From positions 15,520-79,519 of the forward strand of contig JACNJF010000106.1 of assembly GCA_014382695.1 (NCBI GenBank): a stretch of DNA of 64,000 nucleotides, read 5' to 3'. The position numbers were made by a program, and so were the translations under genes. Source of the stretch: Gammaproteobacteria bacterium. GTDB lineage: Bacteria; Pseudomonadota; Gammaproteobacteria; GCA-001735895. Positions 37,942 through 49,219 of this stretch are shown here, piece after piece. Positions within the stretch are counted from its first letter, which is position 1; each line of letters opens with the position of its first letter. The notes under the pieces are model-generated. The model saw only the letters and a list, made by a program, of their open reading frames with translations, was not told the DNA's origin and searched no databases.

Positions 37942-38174
37942 CTAAATTCCACCTTTCCCGTCTGCTCATTTTTTACCCTGAGCGGCGGGAAAATGTGGTA
38001 ACCCATGTTAATTTTTTCAGAATTTTCCCCGTTACATTAGTAGTACTTAATATTTCACTTTAACTATGCCTGTTTAATATATGTTTTTAAATGGGATTGC
38101 CCGTTCGTCATAAAAAAGTTTGCTAAGTCCTTGTTGTTATTAAAGAAATTCTATTCTGCCAAGTGGTTTTTTAC

Positions 38175-38202
38175 TTGACTTGTGGTGCTTTGGAGCCATA
38201 CT
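38175..38202 (+). promoter_or_regulatory. Putative sigma-70 promoter of the dcw cluster (Pmra-like)
   Basis: TTGACT, a 16-nt spacer, then CATACT, about 50 nt upstream of the mraZ GTG. GTGGG-type repeats at roughly 10-bp phase lie just downstream (38212-38240). Confidence 0.4.
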
Positions 38203-38253
38203 GTGTAAATTGGTGGGGATATGTGTCATAAAGTGGATAACAGGGTCTAGAAA

Positions 38254-38706
38254 GTGCTGAAATTCAGAGGGGCTTCAAATTTATCTTTAGATGCGAAAGG
38301 CAGAGTGGTTCTGCCTGCGCGCTATCGAGAGCTGCTGTCTGAAATCTGCAATGGCCAGCTGGTGGTGACTATCGATATCGACCAGCCCTGCCTGCTGATT
38401 TACCCGTTGAATGAATGGGAAATCGTCGAACAAAAAATTAATGCTCTGCCCGGTGGTGTGAATAAAGCGGTCAGACGCATTCAACGCAAACTGATTGGTT
38501 ATGCCACTGATATCGAGGTCAACGAAAGCGGTCGTCTGCTGTTGACGGCTCCCCTGAGAAATTATGCCAGGCTGGACAAAAAAGTTGTGCTGATCGGGCA
38601 GGGCAATAAGTTTGAGCTGTGGGATGAGCAGTTGTGGGACAAGCTGTGCATGGAAGAAGATGATGATGAGGATATTCCTGCGGCGCTGGCGGAGTTGTCG
38701 TTATGA
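38254..38706 (+). CDS. mraZ: Transcriptional regulator MraZ
   Basis: 150 aa with a GTG start, collinear with E. coli MraZ: FRG...LDAKGRVVLPARYRE...QLV.TID...CLLIYPL.EWEI.EQK...LIGQGNKFELWDE. Confidence 0.9.
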   Translation: MLKFRGASNLSLDAKGRVVLPARYRELLSEICNGQLVVTIDIDQPCLLIYPLNEWEIVEQKINALPGGVNKAVRRIQRKLIGYATDIEVNESGRLLLTAPLRNYARLDKKVVLIGQGNKFELWDEQLWDKLCMEEDDDEDIPAALAELSL

Positions 38707-39647
38707 GCCAATCCGTGTTTTCCCATCAACCAGTCCTGTTTAAGGAAGTGCTTGAGTGTCTCCAGGTCAAGCCTGATGGCGTGTATGTGGATGGGACTTT
38801 CGGTCGTGGCGGTCATGCTGCAGCGATTCTGGCATTACTAAATGAACATGGGCGACTGGTGGTGATGGATAAAGATCCAGAGGCGATTGCATTTGCCAGG
38901 CAACTGCATGCAGATGACGCGCGTGTCACCATTATCCATGACGATTATTCTCAGATGTCGGCCTGTATTGAGCGCCTGGGCTTAACTCAGCAGGTGGATG
39001 GTGTATTGCTGGATCTCGGTGTTTCATCGCCGCAACTGGATGATGCCAGTCGCGGCTTCAGCTTTCAGCAGAATGGTCCGCTGGATATGCGGATGAATCC
39101 TGCACAGGGAATCTCCGCATCCGCATGGCTGATGAGCGCGAAAGAAAAAGAGATCGCCGATGTGTTGTGGGAGTTGGGTGAAGAACGCTTTTCACGCCGG
39201 ATCGCCAGCCGCATCGTACAATTCCGTGAGCAGCAGCCGATTCTGGATACGGCGACTCTAGCCCGAATTATCAGTGAGTGCGTACCCGCCTATAAGGAAA
39301 AGAAGCATCCTGCTACGCGTAGCTTCCAGGCGATCCGGATCAAGGTAAACCAGGAGCTGGAACATATTGAGCAGGTTCTGGCGCAGATTTTTGAGGTGCT
39401 TAAGATCGGTGGTCGATTGCTGGTGATCAGTTTTCACTCGCTAGAAGACCGTCTGGTTAAGCGCTTTGTAAAAAAACAATCAACCGCGCCCGCCATACCC
39501 AGAGGTTTGCCGGTACGTGATAGTGATATTGCAGTGACTGTGCGACTGCGCAGTATCGGAAAAGCGGTAAAGGCAACAGTGGAGGAAATAAAGCAGAACG
39601 CACGCTCACGTAGCGCGGTTCTGAGAGTCGCTGAGCGGGTGTCCTGA
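38703..39647 (+). CDS. rsmH: 16S rRNA m4C1402 methyltransferase RsmH (MraW)
   Basis: 314 aa with the SAM-binding motif VDGTFGRGGH; second gene of the dcw cluster. Confidence 0.9.
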   Translation: MSQSVFSHQPVLFKEVLECLQVKPDGVYVDGTFGRGGHAAAILALLNEHGRLVVMDKDPEAIAFARQLHADDARVTIIHDDYSQMSACIERLGLTQQVDGVLLDLGVSSPQLDDASRGFSFQQNGPLDMRMNPAQGISASAWLMSAKEKEIADVLWELGEERFSRRIASRIVQFREQQPILDTATLARIISECVPAYKEKKHPATRSFQAIRIKVNQELEHIEQVLAQIFEVLKIGGRLLVISFHSLEDRLVKRFVKKQSTAPAIPRGLPVRDSDIAVTVRLRSIGKAVKATVEEIKQNARSRSAVLRVAERVS

Positions 39648-39919
39648 TGCAGCGTATCTACTGGGTTTTACTGCTGACCGTGGTGGTCATCGGTAGTTCG
39701 ATGGCAGTGATCTATGTGAAGCATGAGAGTCGCATTCTATTTTCTGAGCTAAGGCTCAATCAGAAACAACAGGACGAGAAGCTTCTGTACTGGAGTCGTT
39801 TGCAGATTCAGCAAAGTACCTTAATGACCCAGGCAAATGTAGAGTCTGTGGCGAGCAAACGGCTCAATATGGTTTTACCGGACAATATTCAGATCGTGAC
39901 CCTGATTGATTATGAGTGA
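39647..39919 (+). CDS. ftsL: Cell division protein FtsL
   Basis: 90 aa bitopic protein with TM (IYWVLLLTVVVIGSSMAVIYV) followed by a coiled coil; conserved position. Confidence 0.8.
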   Translation: MQRIYWVLLLTVVVIGSSMAVIYVKHESRILFSELRLNQKQQDEKLLYWSRLQIQQSTLMTQANVESVASKRLNMVLPDNIQIVTLIDYE

Positions 39920-41627
39920 TAGCGTTCCTACCAGCTCTTTTTTTGCGACCAGACACTATTTTGTGCTGACCCTGATTGCGTTGTTGTTTTCAGGTCTGAT
40001 TGCACGCTCTGCCTATCTGCAGGTTTTTAATCAGGACTTTCTACTCGATGAAGGTAGTCAGCGTCAATTAAGAACGATTGAAACACCGGCTTACAGAGGC
40101 ACCATTATGGACCGATTCGGTACTCCGCTGGCGGTCAGTACACCGGTTGATTCGGTATGGGTCAATCCAAAACTGGTGTTGCAGGATATTAACGGGCTTA
40201 AAAAGGTGGCGAAGTCACTGGGTCTAAATTTTGCAGACACCGTGGATAATCTAAAGCAACGCGCGGACAAGGAGTTTGTCTATCTGAAGCGGCAAATAAA
40301 GCCCGAACTAGCGAGCAAGGCGGTTGAGGGTGTGGAAGGGGTCTATATTCAGCGTGAGTATTCGCGCTTTTATCCGGCTGGAGAAGTGGTTTCGCACGTG
40401 CTCGGTTTTACCGATATCGACAACATGGGCCGGGAAGGTCTGGAGCTGGTATACCAGGACTGGTTGAAGGCTCGTGCCGGCAAACGTCAAATACTGCGTA
40501 ATCGTAAAGGTGAAGTGGTTGAGAATATTTCACAGGTTGAAGCGGCGCGCGCGGGTAATGATCTGTACACCAGTATCGATATGCGATTGCAGTATATAAC
40601 TTATCGCAGCCTGGCAAAGGCGATCAAGTATCATGATGCTAAATCAGGCAGTGCCGTATTGCTGGATGCGAAAAGTGGTGAAGTTCTGGCAATAGCCAAT
40701 CTGCCGTCCTATAACCCGAATCAACATAAAGATAAATCCGCCGCAAGTCGCCGCAACCGAGCGATAACGGATGTGTTTGAACCGGGCTCTACGATCAAGC
40801 CATTCACGCTGGCTGCCGCACTGGATAAAAAATTATATAGTCAGGATAGTCGCATCAATACGGCTCCCGGTTATATGAAAGTGACCGGGTTTCCAATCCG
40901 TGATTTTAGCAATTATGGGGTGCTGGATCTGGCTGGTATCTTACGTAAGTCGAGTAATGTCGGGGCTTCAAAAATTGCCCTCTCCATGCAGCCGCAGGAT
41001 CTATGGCAGGCCTTTAAAAATTACGGTTTTGGTGAGCATCCCGGGGTTAGTTTTCCGGCTTCATCATCCGGTTATTTTAATCATTACAGTAACTGGCAGC
41101 CACTGGATCAGGCCACCATGGCATTTGGTTATGGTCTTTCCGTTTCAACACTGCAGCTGGCGCGCTCTTATTCGCTGTTTGCGAATGAGGGCAGAATTCA
41201 GGATGTGAGTTTACTCAGGCGTGATCAACCTGCCGAGTCTACTCAGGTTATGCAGGCAGCCACCGCCAGGATGGTGTTAGAGATGATGGAAGAAGTGGTT
41301 GGCCCGAAAGGTTCGGCTAAACAGGCGGCCATTCCCGGTTACCGTGTTGCAGGCAAGACCGGTACGGCTAAAAAGAGTAGCGCCGGTGGTTATCTCGAAG
41401 ACAGTTATGTGGCCGTATTCGCGGGTGTGGTGCCTGTCAGTAATCCCAGACTGGTGATGGCAGTGATGATCAATGAACCGCGTCAGAATGGATACTATGG
41501 GGGCATAGTCGCTGCACCGGTGTTCCAGGAAGTGTTAAGCCATGCCTTACGTCTGATGAATATATCGCCGGATGACTTGCCGAGCAGCGGGGAAGTCGTC
41601 AGGGTCGCGACGAGGGCGATTTTATGA
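39906..41627 (+). CDS. ftsI: Peptidoglycan D,D-transpeptidase FtsI (PBP3)
   Basis: 573 aa with an N-terminal TM and the penicillin-binding motifs STIKP (SxxK), SSN and KTGTA. Confidence 0.9.
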   Translation: MIMSDSVPTSSFFATRHYFVLTLIALLFSGLIARSAYLQVFNQDFLLDEGSQRQLRTIETPAYRGTIMDRFGTPLAVSTPVDSVWVNPKLVLQDINGLKKVAKSLGLNFADTVDNLKQRADKEFVYLKRQIKPELASKAVEGVEGVYIQREYSRFYPAGEVVSHVLGFTDIDNMGREGLELVYQDWLKARAGKRQILRNRKGEVVENISQVEAARAGNDLYTSIDMRLQYITYRSLAKAIKYHDAKSGSAVLLDAKSGEVLAIANLPSYNPNQHKDKSAASRRNRAITDVFEPGSTIKPFTLAAALDKKLYSQDSRINTAPGYMKVTGFPIRDFSNYGVLDLAGILRKSSNVGASKIALSMQPQDLWQAFKNYGFGEHPGVSFPASSSGYFNHYSNWQPLDQATMAFGYGLSVSTLQLARSYSLFANEGRIQDVSLLRRDQPAESTQVMQAATARMVLEMMEEVVGPKGSAKQAAIPGYRVAGKTGTAKKSSAGGYLEDSYVAVFAGVVPVSNPRLVMAVMINEPRQNGYYGGIVAAPVFQEVLSHALRLMNISPDDLPSSGEVVRVATRAIL

Positions 41628-43153
41628 TGGCTTCTTTAAGACGACAATCAGGCATAACTCTGCAGACCTTATTATCAGACTTTGTGATTGATCGAGTGTT
41701 AGCGGATGTTGAAGTGACCGGTATTACCGGTAACAGCGTTCAGGTAAATCCGGGTGATCTATTTGTGGCGCAGGCGGGGTTAACCCAGCATGCGATCGAT
41801 TATGCAGCCGCTGCGATTAAGGCGGGAGCGATTGCGGTTATCTATGATGCCGATGATCACTACTGTCAGCAGCGGGTTCTATTGCTGCAAAAAACACATG
41901 CGGTCGAATTTATAGGAATACCAGATCTGGCGTTCAATTGTGGACTTATCGCGGCAAAATTTTACGCTGATCCGAGCAAAAATTTTAAGCTGATCGGTGT
42001 CACTGGCACGGATGGGAAAACCAGCGTCACCCATTTACTGGTGCAGGCCTTAACCCGCATGGGTAAGAAAGCGGGCAGTGTTGGAACACTGGGTTATGGT
42101 ATCGCCAACAAATTAAAAATGACCCGTTTTACCACACCGGATGCGATTACATTACAGTCGATTCTATCTGAACTATCGGAAACTGGCTGTGAGTATGTGG
42201 TGATGGAAGTGTCGTCACATGCACTCGAACAACATAGGGTCAGCGGCTGTCATTTCGATGTGGCCGTGCTCACCAATCTGGGTAGCGATCATCTCGATTA
42301 TCATGGCGATCAGGCACAGTATCGGGATGTCAAATCACGTCTATTCGATATGCCTGGCCTGACGGCAAGAGTTCTCAATCTGGCGGATGAATTTGGTCGG
42401 TCTCTCCAGTCTATGCATAAAGGTAACAAAGTGATGGGGTATAGTGCCGATCTTGCCAATCATAAGCCTTCTCAGGTGAATCTGGTGTTTAGTGAAATGA
42501 TGCCGCAGGGCATTAAAATATCGGCTTCGACCGCAAATGGCCTGTTTGAAATCCAGACCGGTCTGATTGGGAAATTCAATATTGATAACCTGCTGGCCTG
42601 TCTATCGGTATTGTTGCAGCTTGGTTTTAAGCATCAGCAGATTGAAACCAGTATGCAGAATTTGCAGCCTATTCCTGGACGCATGGAATATTTTCCTTCA
42701 AGTTCTCAGTTACCCGCAGTGGTGATCGATTTTGCACATACCGAGCAGGCGCTGGAAGCCTGTCTGAGTTCGCTAAAAAATTACACCAGAGGGCGTCTCA
42801 TCTGCGTTTTTGGTTGTGGTGGTGATCGTGATCAGAGCAAGCGCCCCAAAATGGCAGCGGTGGCGGAACGACTGGCCGATCAGGTGATTGTGACCGATGA
42901 CAACCCCAGAAACGAGTCAGCACAACACATCATGCGAGATATTCTGTCAGGCTTTTCCGCTCCGGAACAAGCCAGAGTGATCCATGACCGGCAAAAAGCC
43001 ATTGAAATCGCGCTGGCGGATGCAACGCCGCAGGATCTGGTGGTGATAGCCGGCAAAGGGCATGAAGAGTATCAGATTGTGGGAAATCAGCGCCTGCCAT
43101 TTAGCGATCGTTATGTAGTCAGGCAGGCTTTTCAGAAGAGGGTTTCACTATGA
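41624..43153 (+). CDS. murE: UDP-MurNAc-L-Ala-D-Glu:meso-DAP ligase MurE
   Basis: 509 aa Mur ligase with the P-loop GVTGTDGKTS; conserved position. Confidence 0.9.
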   Translation: MMASLRRQSGITLQTLLSDFVIDRVLADVEVTGITGNSVQVNPGDLFVAQAGLTQHAIDYAAAAIKAGAIAVIYDADDHYCQQRVLLLQKTHAVEFIGIPDLAFNCGLIAAKFYADPSKNFKLIGVTGTDGKTSVTHLLVQALTRMGKKAGSVGTLGYGIANKLKMTRFTTPDAITLQSILSELSETGCEYVVMEVSSHALEQHRVSGCHFDVAVLTNLGSDHLDYHGDQAQYRDVKSRLFDMPGLTARVLNLADEFGRSLQSMHKGNKVMGYSADLANHKPSQVNLVFSEMMPQGIKISASTANGLFEIQTGLIGKFNIDNLLACLSVLLQLGFKHQQIETSMQNLQPIPGRMEYFPSSSQLPAVVIDFAHTEQALEACLSSLKNYTRGRLICVFGCGGDRDQSKRPKMAAVAERLADQVIVTDDNPRNESAQHIMRDILSGFSAPEQARVIHDRQKAIEIALADATPQDLVVIAGKGHEEYQIVGNQRLPFSDRYVVRQAFQKRVSL

Positions 43154-44523
43154 TTCATATGAGCTCTCAGGAATTATTCAGCGTGTTTCCACAGACTAGT
43201 CTGGAGCATCTGGATTTTCATTTTAGCGGGGTCGAGATCGATAGTCGAAAGTCCTGCGCAGAGATGCTTTTTATTGCGCTCAAGGGTGATTCTTTTGACG
43301 GTCATGAGTATGCCGCTGCAGCTGCCAGCAAAGGCGCTGTCGCTGCCATTGTGGAGCATGAGCTGGCGCTCGATATTCCGCAAATTGTGGTGTCAGATAC
43401 ACGTCTGGCTCTGGCCCGGCTGGCTAACTACTGGCGCACCAGGATTAATCCGTTAGTGGTTGCGATTACCGGCAGCAATGGTAAGACCAGCGTGAAGGAA
43501 ATGCTCGGCAGAATCCTGTCATCGCAGGCCAGTACGCTGGTGACGCCGGGTAATTTTAACAATGATATCGGCGTGCCTTTAACCCTGTTTAAGCTCTCCG
43601 CTCAGGATCGCTATGCGGTGATTGAAATGGGCGCGAATCATCCACAGGAAATCAGAAACCTGCTAAGCATAGCCGAACCGGATGTGGTGTATGTGAATAA
43701 TGCCCAGGCCGCGCATATACAGGGCTTTGGCTCATTACAGGGCGTCGCACAGGCGAAGGGCGAGATGTATCAGTACTGCAACAGCGATGCGATTGCGGTG
43801 TTTAATCAGGATGAGCCCTTCTGTGACTACTGGATGTCGGTTGCATCGAGTCAGCGCAGGATTCGTTTTTCCAGTCAGCAGCCGAGTGATGTGAGCGCAA
43901 AAGGGGCCATGTTGAGTGATGGCATTCGGTTACAGCTTGATTACCAGCAGCAAGCGTTTACCTGCGAACTGAAGGTTTATGGTGAGCATAATATTCAAAA
44001 CGCGCTGGCCGCTATTACGCTGGCGATAGCCTGCGGCATTGATGCGGCAAGCTGCTGTCAGGCCCTGCAGGGTTTTGCGGGTGTAAAAGGCCGCCAGCAA
44101 TTCGTCAGCGGAGTGAATAACAGCCTGATCATTAATGACAGCTACAATGCCAACCCGGGTTCACTTAAAGCGGCGCTCAAGGTGCTGTGCGCTCTGCACG
44201 GGCATGCCTGGCTAGCGCTGGGTGATATGGCCGAAATGGGAGACGAGTCACTGCAAATGCATCAAACAGCGGTGGCTGAAGCGCGCGCGATGGGTGTTGA
44301 AAAACTGTATACGATTGGCGCTATGAGCTGCCAGGCTGCGTCGCTGTTTGGTGAAGATGGATACTGTTTCGACACACATGAAGAGATGGCTCATGCTCTG
44401 GCAGGTCAGCTGGGTGAGGGTGTAAATCTACTGGTGAAAGGCTCACGCAGTGCAGGGATGGAAAAACTGGTCGAGTTAATAACGCCATTTCCAATTAATA
44501 AAGGAGCCAATCATGCTGTATAG
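43150..44523 (+). CDS. murF: UDP-MurNAc-tripeptide:D-Ala-D-Ala ligase MurF
   Basis: 457 aa Mur ligase with the P-loop ITGSNGKTS; conserved position. Confidence 0.9.
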   Translation: MIHMSSQELFSVFPQTSLEHLDFHFSGVEIDSRKSCAEMLFIALKGDSFDGHEYAAAAASKGAVAAIVEHELALDIPQIVVSDTRLALARLANYWRTRINPLVVAITGSNGKTSVKEMLGRILSSQASTLVTPGNFNNDIGVPLTLFKLSAQDRYAVIEMGANHPQEIRNLLSIAEPDVVYVNNAQAAHIQGFGSLQGVAQAKGEMYQYCNSDAIAVFNQDEPFCDYWMSVASSQRRIRFSSQQPSDVSAKGAMLSDGIRLQLDYQQQAFTCELKVYGEHNIQNALAAITLAIACGIDAASCCQALQGFAGVKGRQQFVSGVNNSLIINDSYNANPGSLKAALKVLCALHGHAWLALGDMAEMGDESLQMHQTAVAEARAMGVEKLYTIGAMSCQAASLFGEDGYCFDTHEEMAHALAGQLGEGVNLLVKGSRSAGMEKLVELITPFPINKGANHAV

Positions 44524-45595
44524 CCTCGCCAGTTATCTGACCCAGTTTTACAGTGGATTTAATCTGTTTCAGTATTTGACCCTGAGAACCATACTGGGGG
44601 TACTGACCGCATTGTTGATTTCGTTACTGGTTGGTCCCTGGATGATCCGTTATCTAAGTCGTTACAATATCGGTCAGAGCATCCGCGATGATGGACCGAA
44701 ATCGCATTTCAGTAAGGCGGGGACGCCCACCATGGGTGGCGCGTTGATTCTCATCGCTATCGTGGTGAGTACCCTGCTGTGGAGTGATCTATCTTCCCGT
44801 TTTGTCTGGATCGTGTTATTCGTGACTATGGGTTTCGGGCTGATTGGCTGGGTGGATGATTATAAGAAAATCGTCTTTGGTAACTCAAAAGGACTGTCTG
44901 CGCGTTATAAATACCTGTGGCAATCCGCGGTTGGACTCACCGCTGCGTATGTCCTTTTTTCAACGGCCACGGTGCCGATCGAAACCCAGCTTATCGTACC
45001 ATTTTTCAAGTCCGTGGTGTTTGATCTGGGCTGGATGTATATCCTGCTGGCTTACTTTGTGATTGTCGGTAGTAGCAATGCGGTCAATCTGACAGATGGT
45101 CTGGACGGTCTGGCAATACTACCTACGGTACTTGTCGGTGGTGCGCTGGCAGTTTTTGCGTATGTCACCGGGAATACCAATTTTGCGGCTTATCTGGGGA
45201 TTCCGTATATCCCCGGTGTCGGTGAAATGGTGGTGTTCTGTGGTGCCATTGTCGGCGCCGGTTTGGGCTTCCTCTGGTTTAATACCTATCCAGCTCAGGT
45301 TTTTATGGGTGATGTCGGGGCGCTGGCACTGGGTGCGGCGTTAGGCGTGGTTGCGGTCATCGTACGTCAGGAACTGGTACTGTTCATCATGGGCGGCATC
45401 TTCGTGGTGGAAACCATCTCCGTGGTGTTACAGGTGGCATCTTATAAATTAACCGGACGACGCATCTTCCGCATGGCGCCGTTACATCATCATTTCGAAT
45501 TAAAGGGCTGGCCTGAACCCCGAATCATTGTACGGTTCTGGATCATCACTGTCATCCTGGTGTTAATCGGTCTGGCGAGTCTGAAGGTCAGATGA
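44513..45595 (+). CDS. mraY: Phospho-MurNAc-pentapeptide translocase MraY
   Basis: 360 aa polytopic protein with [13 protein letters not shown] and the HHH motif. Confidence 0.9.
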   Translation: MLYSLASYLTQFYSGFNLFQYLTLRTILGVLTALLISLLVGPWMIRYLSRYNIGQSIRDDGPKSHFSKAGTPTMGGALILIAIVVSTLLWSDLSSRFVWIVLFVTMGFGLIGWVDDYKKIVFGNSKGLSARYKYLWQSAVGLTAAYVLFSTATVPIETQLIVPFFKSVVFDLGWMYILLAYFVIVGSSNAVNLTDGLDGLAILPTVLVGGALAVFAYVTGNTNFAAYLGIPYIPGVGEMVVFCGAIVGAGLGFLWFNTYPAQVFMGDVGALALGAALGVVAVIVRQELVLFIMGGIFVVETISVVLQVASYKLTGRRIFRMAPLHHHFELKGWPEPRIIVRFWIITVILVLIGLASLKVR

Positions 45596-46929
45596 TGAAT
45601 TCAGCAACCGCCCTGCATCCCCTGCACCTGGATCAGTGCTATCTGGTCGTTGGTCTTGGCATGTCTGGATTTTCGGCGGCTAAATACCTGCTGCAACACG
45701 GTTACCGTTGTGCGGTTCAGGATAGCCGACAGCAACCGCCTTATCTAAGCGCATTGCTCCAGCAATTCCCTGCAGTCGAGCTGGTGCTGGGTGAGTTAAA
45801 CGAACAGCTGATTAAGCAGTATGACTGTCTGGTGCTAAGCCCCGGCTTATCACTGCATACCCCATTGATGCAAAAAGTGGCACAGTCAGGCAAGCGTATA
45901 ATTGGTGATATCGAACTGTTTGCAGAAGCAGTAAAAAGTCCGGTGCTGGCGATTACGGGTTCAAACGGTAAAAGTACCGTGACCACTCTGCTCGGCGAAA
46001 TGATTGCCGCCGACGCTAAAAGGGTCGCCGTGGGAGGCAATATCGGGGTGGCCGCACTCGATCTAGTTTCGGACGATGTTGAGCTGTATGTACTGGAGTT
46101 GTCCAGTTTTCAGCTCGAAACTACGTACAGTCTGAATCTGGCAGTGGCGAGCGTGCTGAATGTGTCCGAAGATCACCTGGATCGCTACCATGACTTTGCT
46201 GAATATCAGCAGGCCAAAAAATCGATCTACCGTCATGCGCAGCACTGTGTAAGTAATCAGGATGATCCCTGCACGTTTAATGATGAGCAGGATTATCGTT
46301 TTTCCTTAACAGACCCGGACGTGCCCTATACGGTGATAGAAGATGGCCAGTCCTGGCTGGTCGTACACGGTGAAAAGTGGATCGCGACCTCCGAGCTGAA
46401 GCTGAAAGGTCGGCATAACTGGGCTAACTGTCTGGCGGCGATAGCGATGGCGCAGCTGGCGGGCATCTCGAAGTCAGCCATACTGCAGGCATTGACAGCA
46501 TTTGCTGGACTTGCTCATCGCAGTCAATGGGTAGCCGAGATTGATGGCGTGAGCTGGATCAATGATTCCAAGGCCACCAATACCGGGGCTGCCAAAGCCG
46601 CCATCGATGGCATCGATGAGCCGATCATATTGATTGCCGGTGGACAGGCTAAAGGTGCCAATGTGTCAACATTGTGCGAGAGCCTGCAAAAACATGTTAA
46701 AACCGTTTTAGTGTTCGGACAGGACGCCGATATCTTGCTGCAAAACTGGCAACACTGTGTAGCTGTTGAGCGGGTGCAAAACATGGATCAGGCAGTGCAA
46801 CGTGCGCATCAACTGGCGCTTACCGGTGATCTGGTATTGCTGTCCCCCGCCTGTGCAAGCCTGGATATGTATAGTGGCTTCGCCGCGAGGGGTGAGCATT
46901 TTTGCCGTCTGGTCGGTGAGCTGTCATGA
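45592..46929 (+). CDS. murD: UDP-MurNAc-L-Ala:D-Glu ligase MurD
   Basis: 445 aa Mur ligase with the P-loop ITGSNGKST. Confidence 0.9.
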   Translation: MMNSATALHPLHLDQCYLVVGLGMSGFSAAKYLLQHGYRCAVQDSRQQPPYLSALLQQFPAVELVLGELNEQLIKQYDCLVLSPGLSLHTPLMQKVAQSGKRIIGDIELFAEAVKSPVLAITGSNGKSTVTTLLGEMIAADAKRVAVGGNIGVAALDLVSDDVELYVLELSSFQLETTYSLNLAVASVLNVSEDHLDRYHDFAEYQQAKKSIYRHAQHCVSNQDDPCTFNDEQDYRFSLTDPDVPYTVIEDGQSWLVVHGEKWIATSELKLKGRHNWANCLAAIAMAQLAGISKSAILQALTAFAGLAHRSQWVAEIDGVSWINDSKATNTGAAKAAIDGIDEPIILIAGGQAKGANVSTLCESLQKHVKTVLVFGQDADILLQNWQHCVAVERVQNMDQAVQRAHQLALTGDLVLLSPACASLDMYSGFAARGEHFCRLVGELS

Positions 46930-48128
46930 ATACACAGGCGTTTCGCGCATCCCAGCTGAAACCACTAAAATTTTCAGCCATTCCGGGTCATATCGATAGC
47001 CAGATTCTGCTTATTTTTGGCTTACTCGCAGGGATTGGTCTGGTGATGGTTACTTCGGCCTCAATCGGAGTTGCCGATGTGCAAATGGGTGATCCGTTTT
47101 ATTTTGGCAAGCGCCAGTTTTTGCGCCTGCTGCTGGGTGTCCTGCTGATGTGGATAGCCTACCGTATTCCGACTTCCTTCTGGGAAAAGCATGGCATGAC
47201 CCTGATGCTTAGCTCACTGTTTTTGCTGGCGCTAGTGCTGGTGCCGGGGGTCGGTCGAACCATCAATGGATCTACCCGCTGGCTAGACATGGTATTTTTT
47301 ACGGTACAGGTTTCTGAAATCGCCAAGCTTTTTCTAATCATCTATCTGAGTGGCTATCTGATTCGCCGTTCCGATGAAATCAAAAGCGGATCGATGGGCT
47401 TTATCAAACCGATGATTATTCTGGCGCTGGCCAGTGGCCTGCTGTTACTGGAACCGGATTTCGGTGCCGCAGCGGTATTATTGATGACGGGACTGGGTAT
47501 GATGTTTCTGGGTGGCGTGCGCTTTGGCCAGTTCCTGCTATTTGTACTGGGCACGCTGAGTATCATGGTGCTGCTGGCGTTGTTATCACCCTACCGGATG
47601 GCCCGTATCACTTCCTTCATGGACCCCTGGGCCGACCCCTTTAACAGTGGTTTCCAGCTAACTCAGTCGCTGATTGCGATCGGCAGCGGTGGCGTATTTG
47701 GCACCGGACTTGGGGGCAGTATCCAGAAACTGTTTTATCTACCTGAAGCCCATACTGATTTCCTGTTTGCAATCTATGCAGAAGAGTTTGGTCTGATCGG
47801 TGCGATCTTCCTGATCCTGATTTATGTGTGGTTTGTATTGCGCTGCTTTCAGATTGGAAAGGTCGCATTATTAAGCGGTAAGCCTTTTGGTGCCTATCTG
47901 GTTTACGGGGTAGGGTTGCTGGTGAGTATCCAGGCCGTGATTAATATCGGTGTGAATATGGGTGCGTTGCCAACCAAAGGTTTGACCCTGCCGTTTATCA
48001 GTTATGGCGGTAACAGTATTTTGATTATGTCGTTTGCAATGGGCCTGGTGCTGAGAGTTTTTTATGAAAACAAGGTGCAGCAGGCGGATCTAGAGAGTCC
48101 AAAAAACCCGCGTATGGTGGTGCAATAA
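46926..48128 (+). CDS. ftsW: Peptidoglycan glycosyltransferase FtsW (SEDS family)
   Basis: 400 aa SEDS protein with about 10 TM helices; conserved position between murD and murG. Confidence 0.9.
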   Translation: MNTQAFRASQLKPLKFSAIPGHIDSQILLIFGLLAGIGLVMVTSASIGVADVQMGDPFYFGKRQFLRLLLGVLLMWIAYRIPTSFWEKHGMTLMLSSLFLLALVLVPGVGRTINGSTRWLDMVFFTVQVSEIAKLFLIIYLSGYLIRRSDEIKSGSMGFIKPMIILALASGLLLLEPDFGAAAVLLMTGLGMMFLGGVRFGQFLLFVLGTLSIMVLLALLSPYRMARITSFMDPWADPFNSGFQLTQSLIAIGSGGVFGTGLGGSIQKLFYLPEAHTDFLFAIYAEEFGLIGAIFLILIYVWFVLRCFQIGKVALLSGKPFGAYLVYGVGLLVSIQAVINIGVNMGALPTKGLTLPFISYGGNSILIMSFAMGLVLRVFYENKVQQADLESPKNPRMVVQ

Positions 48129-49219
48129 TGGCCTCGATGCGCAAACCTATCATGATTATGGCCGGTGGCACCGGCGGACATGTATTCCCGGCGCTGGCGC
48201 TGGCAAATTATCTGCGTGATCAGGGGGAAACCATCGTCTGGATGGGGACCCGTTCCGGTATCGAGGCTCGTCTGGTACCGGCTGCAAATTTTCCGATTGA
48301 GTGGCTTTCCATCGAAGGACTGCGTGGTAAGGGACTGGGCGTGCTTGCTATGGCTCCTTTCAGGCTGCTGAAGGCCTGTCTGGAAGCGCTACAGTTACTC
48401 AGAAAGCATCGGCCTCGTGCGGTACTGGGCATGGGTGGGTTCGCCTCCGGGCCGGGTGGACTGATGGCCTGGCTAATACGTATTCCGGTGGTCATTCATG
48501 AGCAGAATGCGGTGATCGGGTTAACCAATAAATTACTCAGTCGCATTGCCCGGCTGAATTATTTTGCGTTTCCGCAGGCCGCCAAAGGCGTCAAAAGAAG
48601 CCATGTTATCGGTAATCCGGTGCGTCAGGATATCCTCGGCATAGAGCCACCTGAAACCCGCCTGCAGGGGCGTGATCAGGAAAGCATGAAGCTGCTGGTA
48701 CTGGGCGGTAGTCTGGGTGCCAAAACACTCAACGATGCGATCCCTGCCGGTATCGCCCTGCTCGACCCTGCGCTTAGACCCGTGGTCAGGCATCAGTGTG
48801 GAGCAAAGCATGTGCAGGATTGCAACACACTTTACCAGCGCCATCAGCTGGAAGCTGACGTAGTTGATTTTATCGATGATATGCAGGCCGCCTATGCATG
48901 GGCCGACCTGGTGATCTGTCGTGCCGGGGCGCTTACCATTGCCGAGCTGGCAGCAGCGGGCGTGGCCTCGATACTGGTGCCCTATCCGTATGCAGTGGAT
49001 GACCATCAGTTCTATAACGCGGGCTATCTGGCACAGGCCGATGCCGCCATTGTGATCAGAAATAACCGCTTTGATGCTGCCACCGTAGCGCAGCAATTAA
49101 AGCATTTTTCCAGTCAGCGCGAGGCATTAAGAATGATGGCGATACAGGCCAGAAAAATGGCTTTGACCGATGCGACCGAGAAGCTGGCAGCAGGATTATT
49201 AGCGGAGGCGCTGCAATGA
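48128..49219 (+). CDS. murG: UDP-GlcNAc:lipid I transferase MurG
   Basis: 363 aa GT-B glycosyltransferase; MAGGTGGHVFPALA is the MurG N-terminal signature. Confidence 0.9.
   Translation: MASMRKPIMIMAGGTGGHVFPALALANYLRDQGETIVWMGTRSGIEARLVPAANFPIEWLSIEGLRGKGLGVLAMAPFRLLKACLEALQLLRKHRPRAVLGMGGFASGPGGLMAWLIRIPVVIHEQNAVIGLTNKLLSRIARLNYFAFPQAAKGVKRSHVIGNPVRQDILGIEPPETRLQGRDQESMKLLVLGGSLGAKTLNDAIPAGIALLDPALRPVVRHQCGAKHVQDCNTLYQRHQLEADVVDFIDDMQAAYAWADLVICRAGALTIAELAAAGVASILVPYPYAVDDHQFYNAGYLAQADAAIVIRNNRFDAATVAQQLKHFSSQREALRMMAIQARKMALTDATEKLAAGLLAEALQ

Noticed and set aside
37498-37969. Four overlapping ORFs (37498..37770 minus, 37555..37743 plus, 37625..37969 minus, 37701..37904 plus)
   Set aside because: They lie on the RNase P RNA gene rnpB, which has near-identical conserved cores to M1 RNA; the ORFs are translation artefacts of a structured ncRNA.
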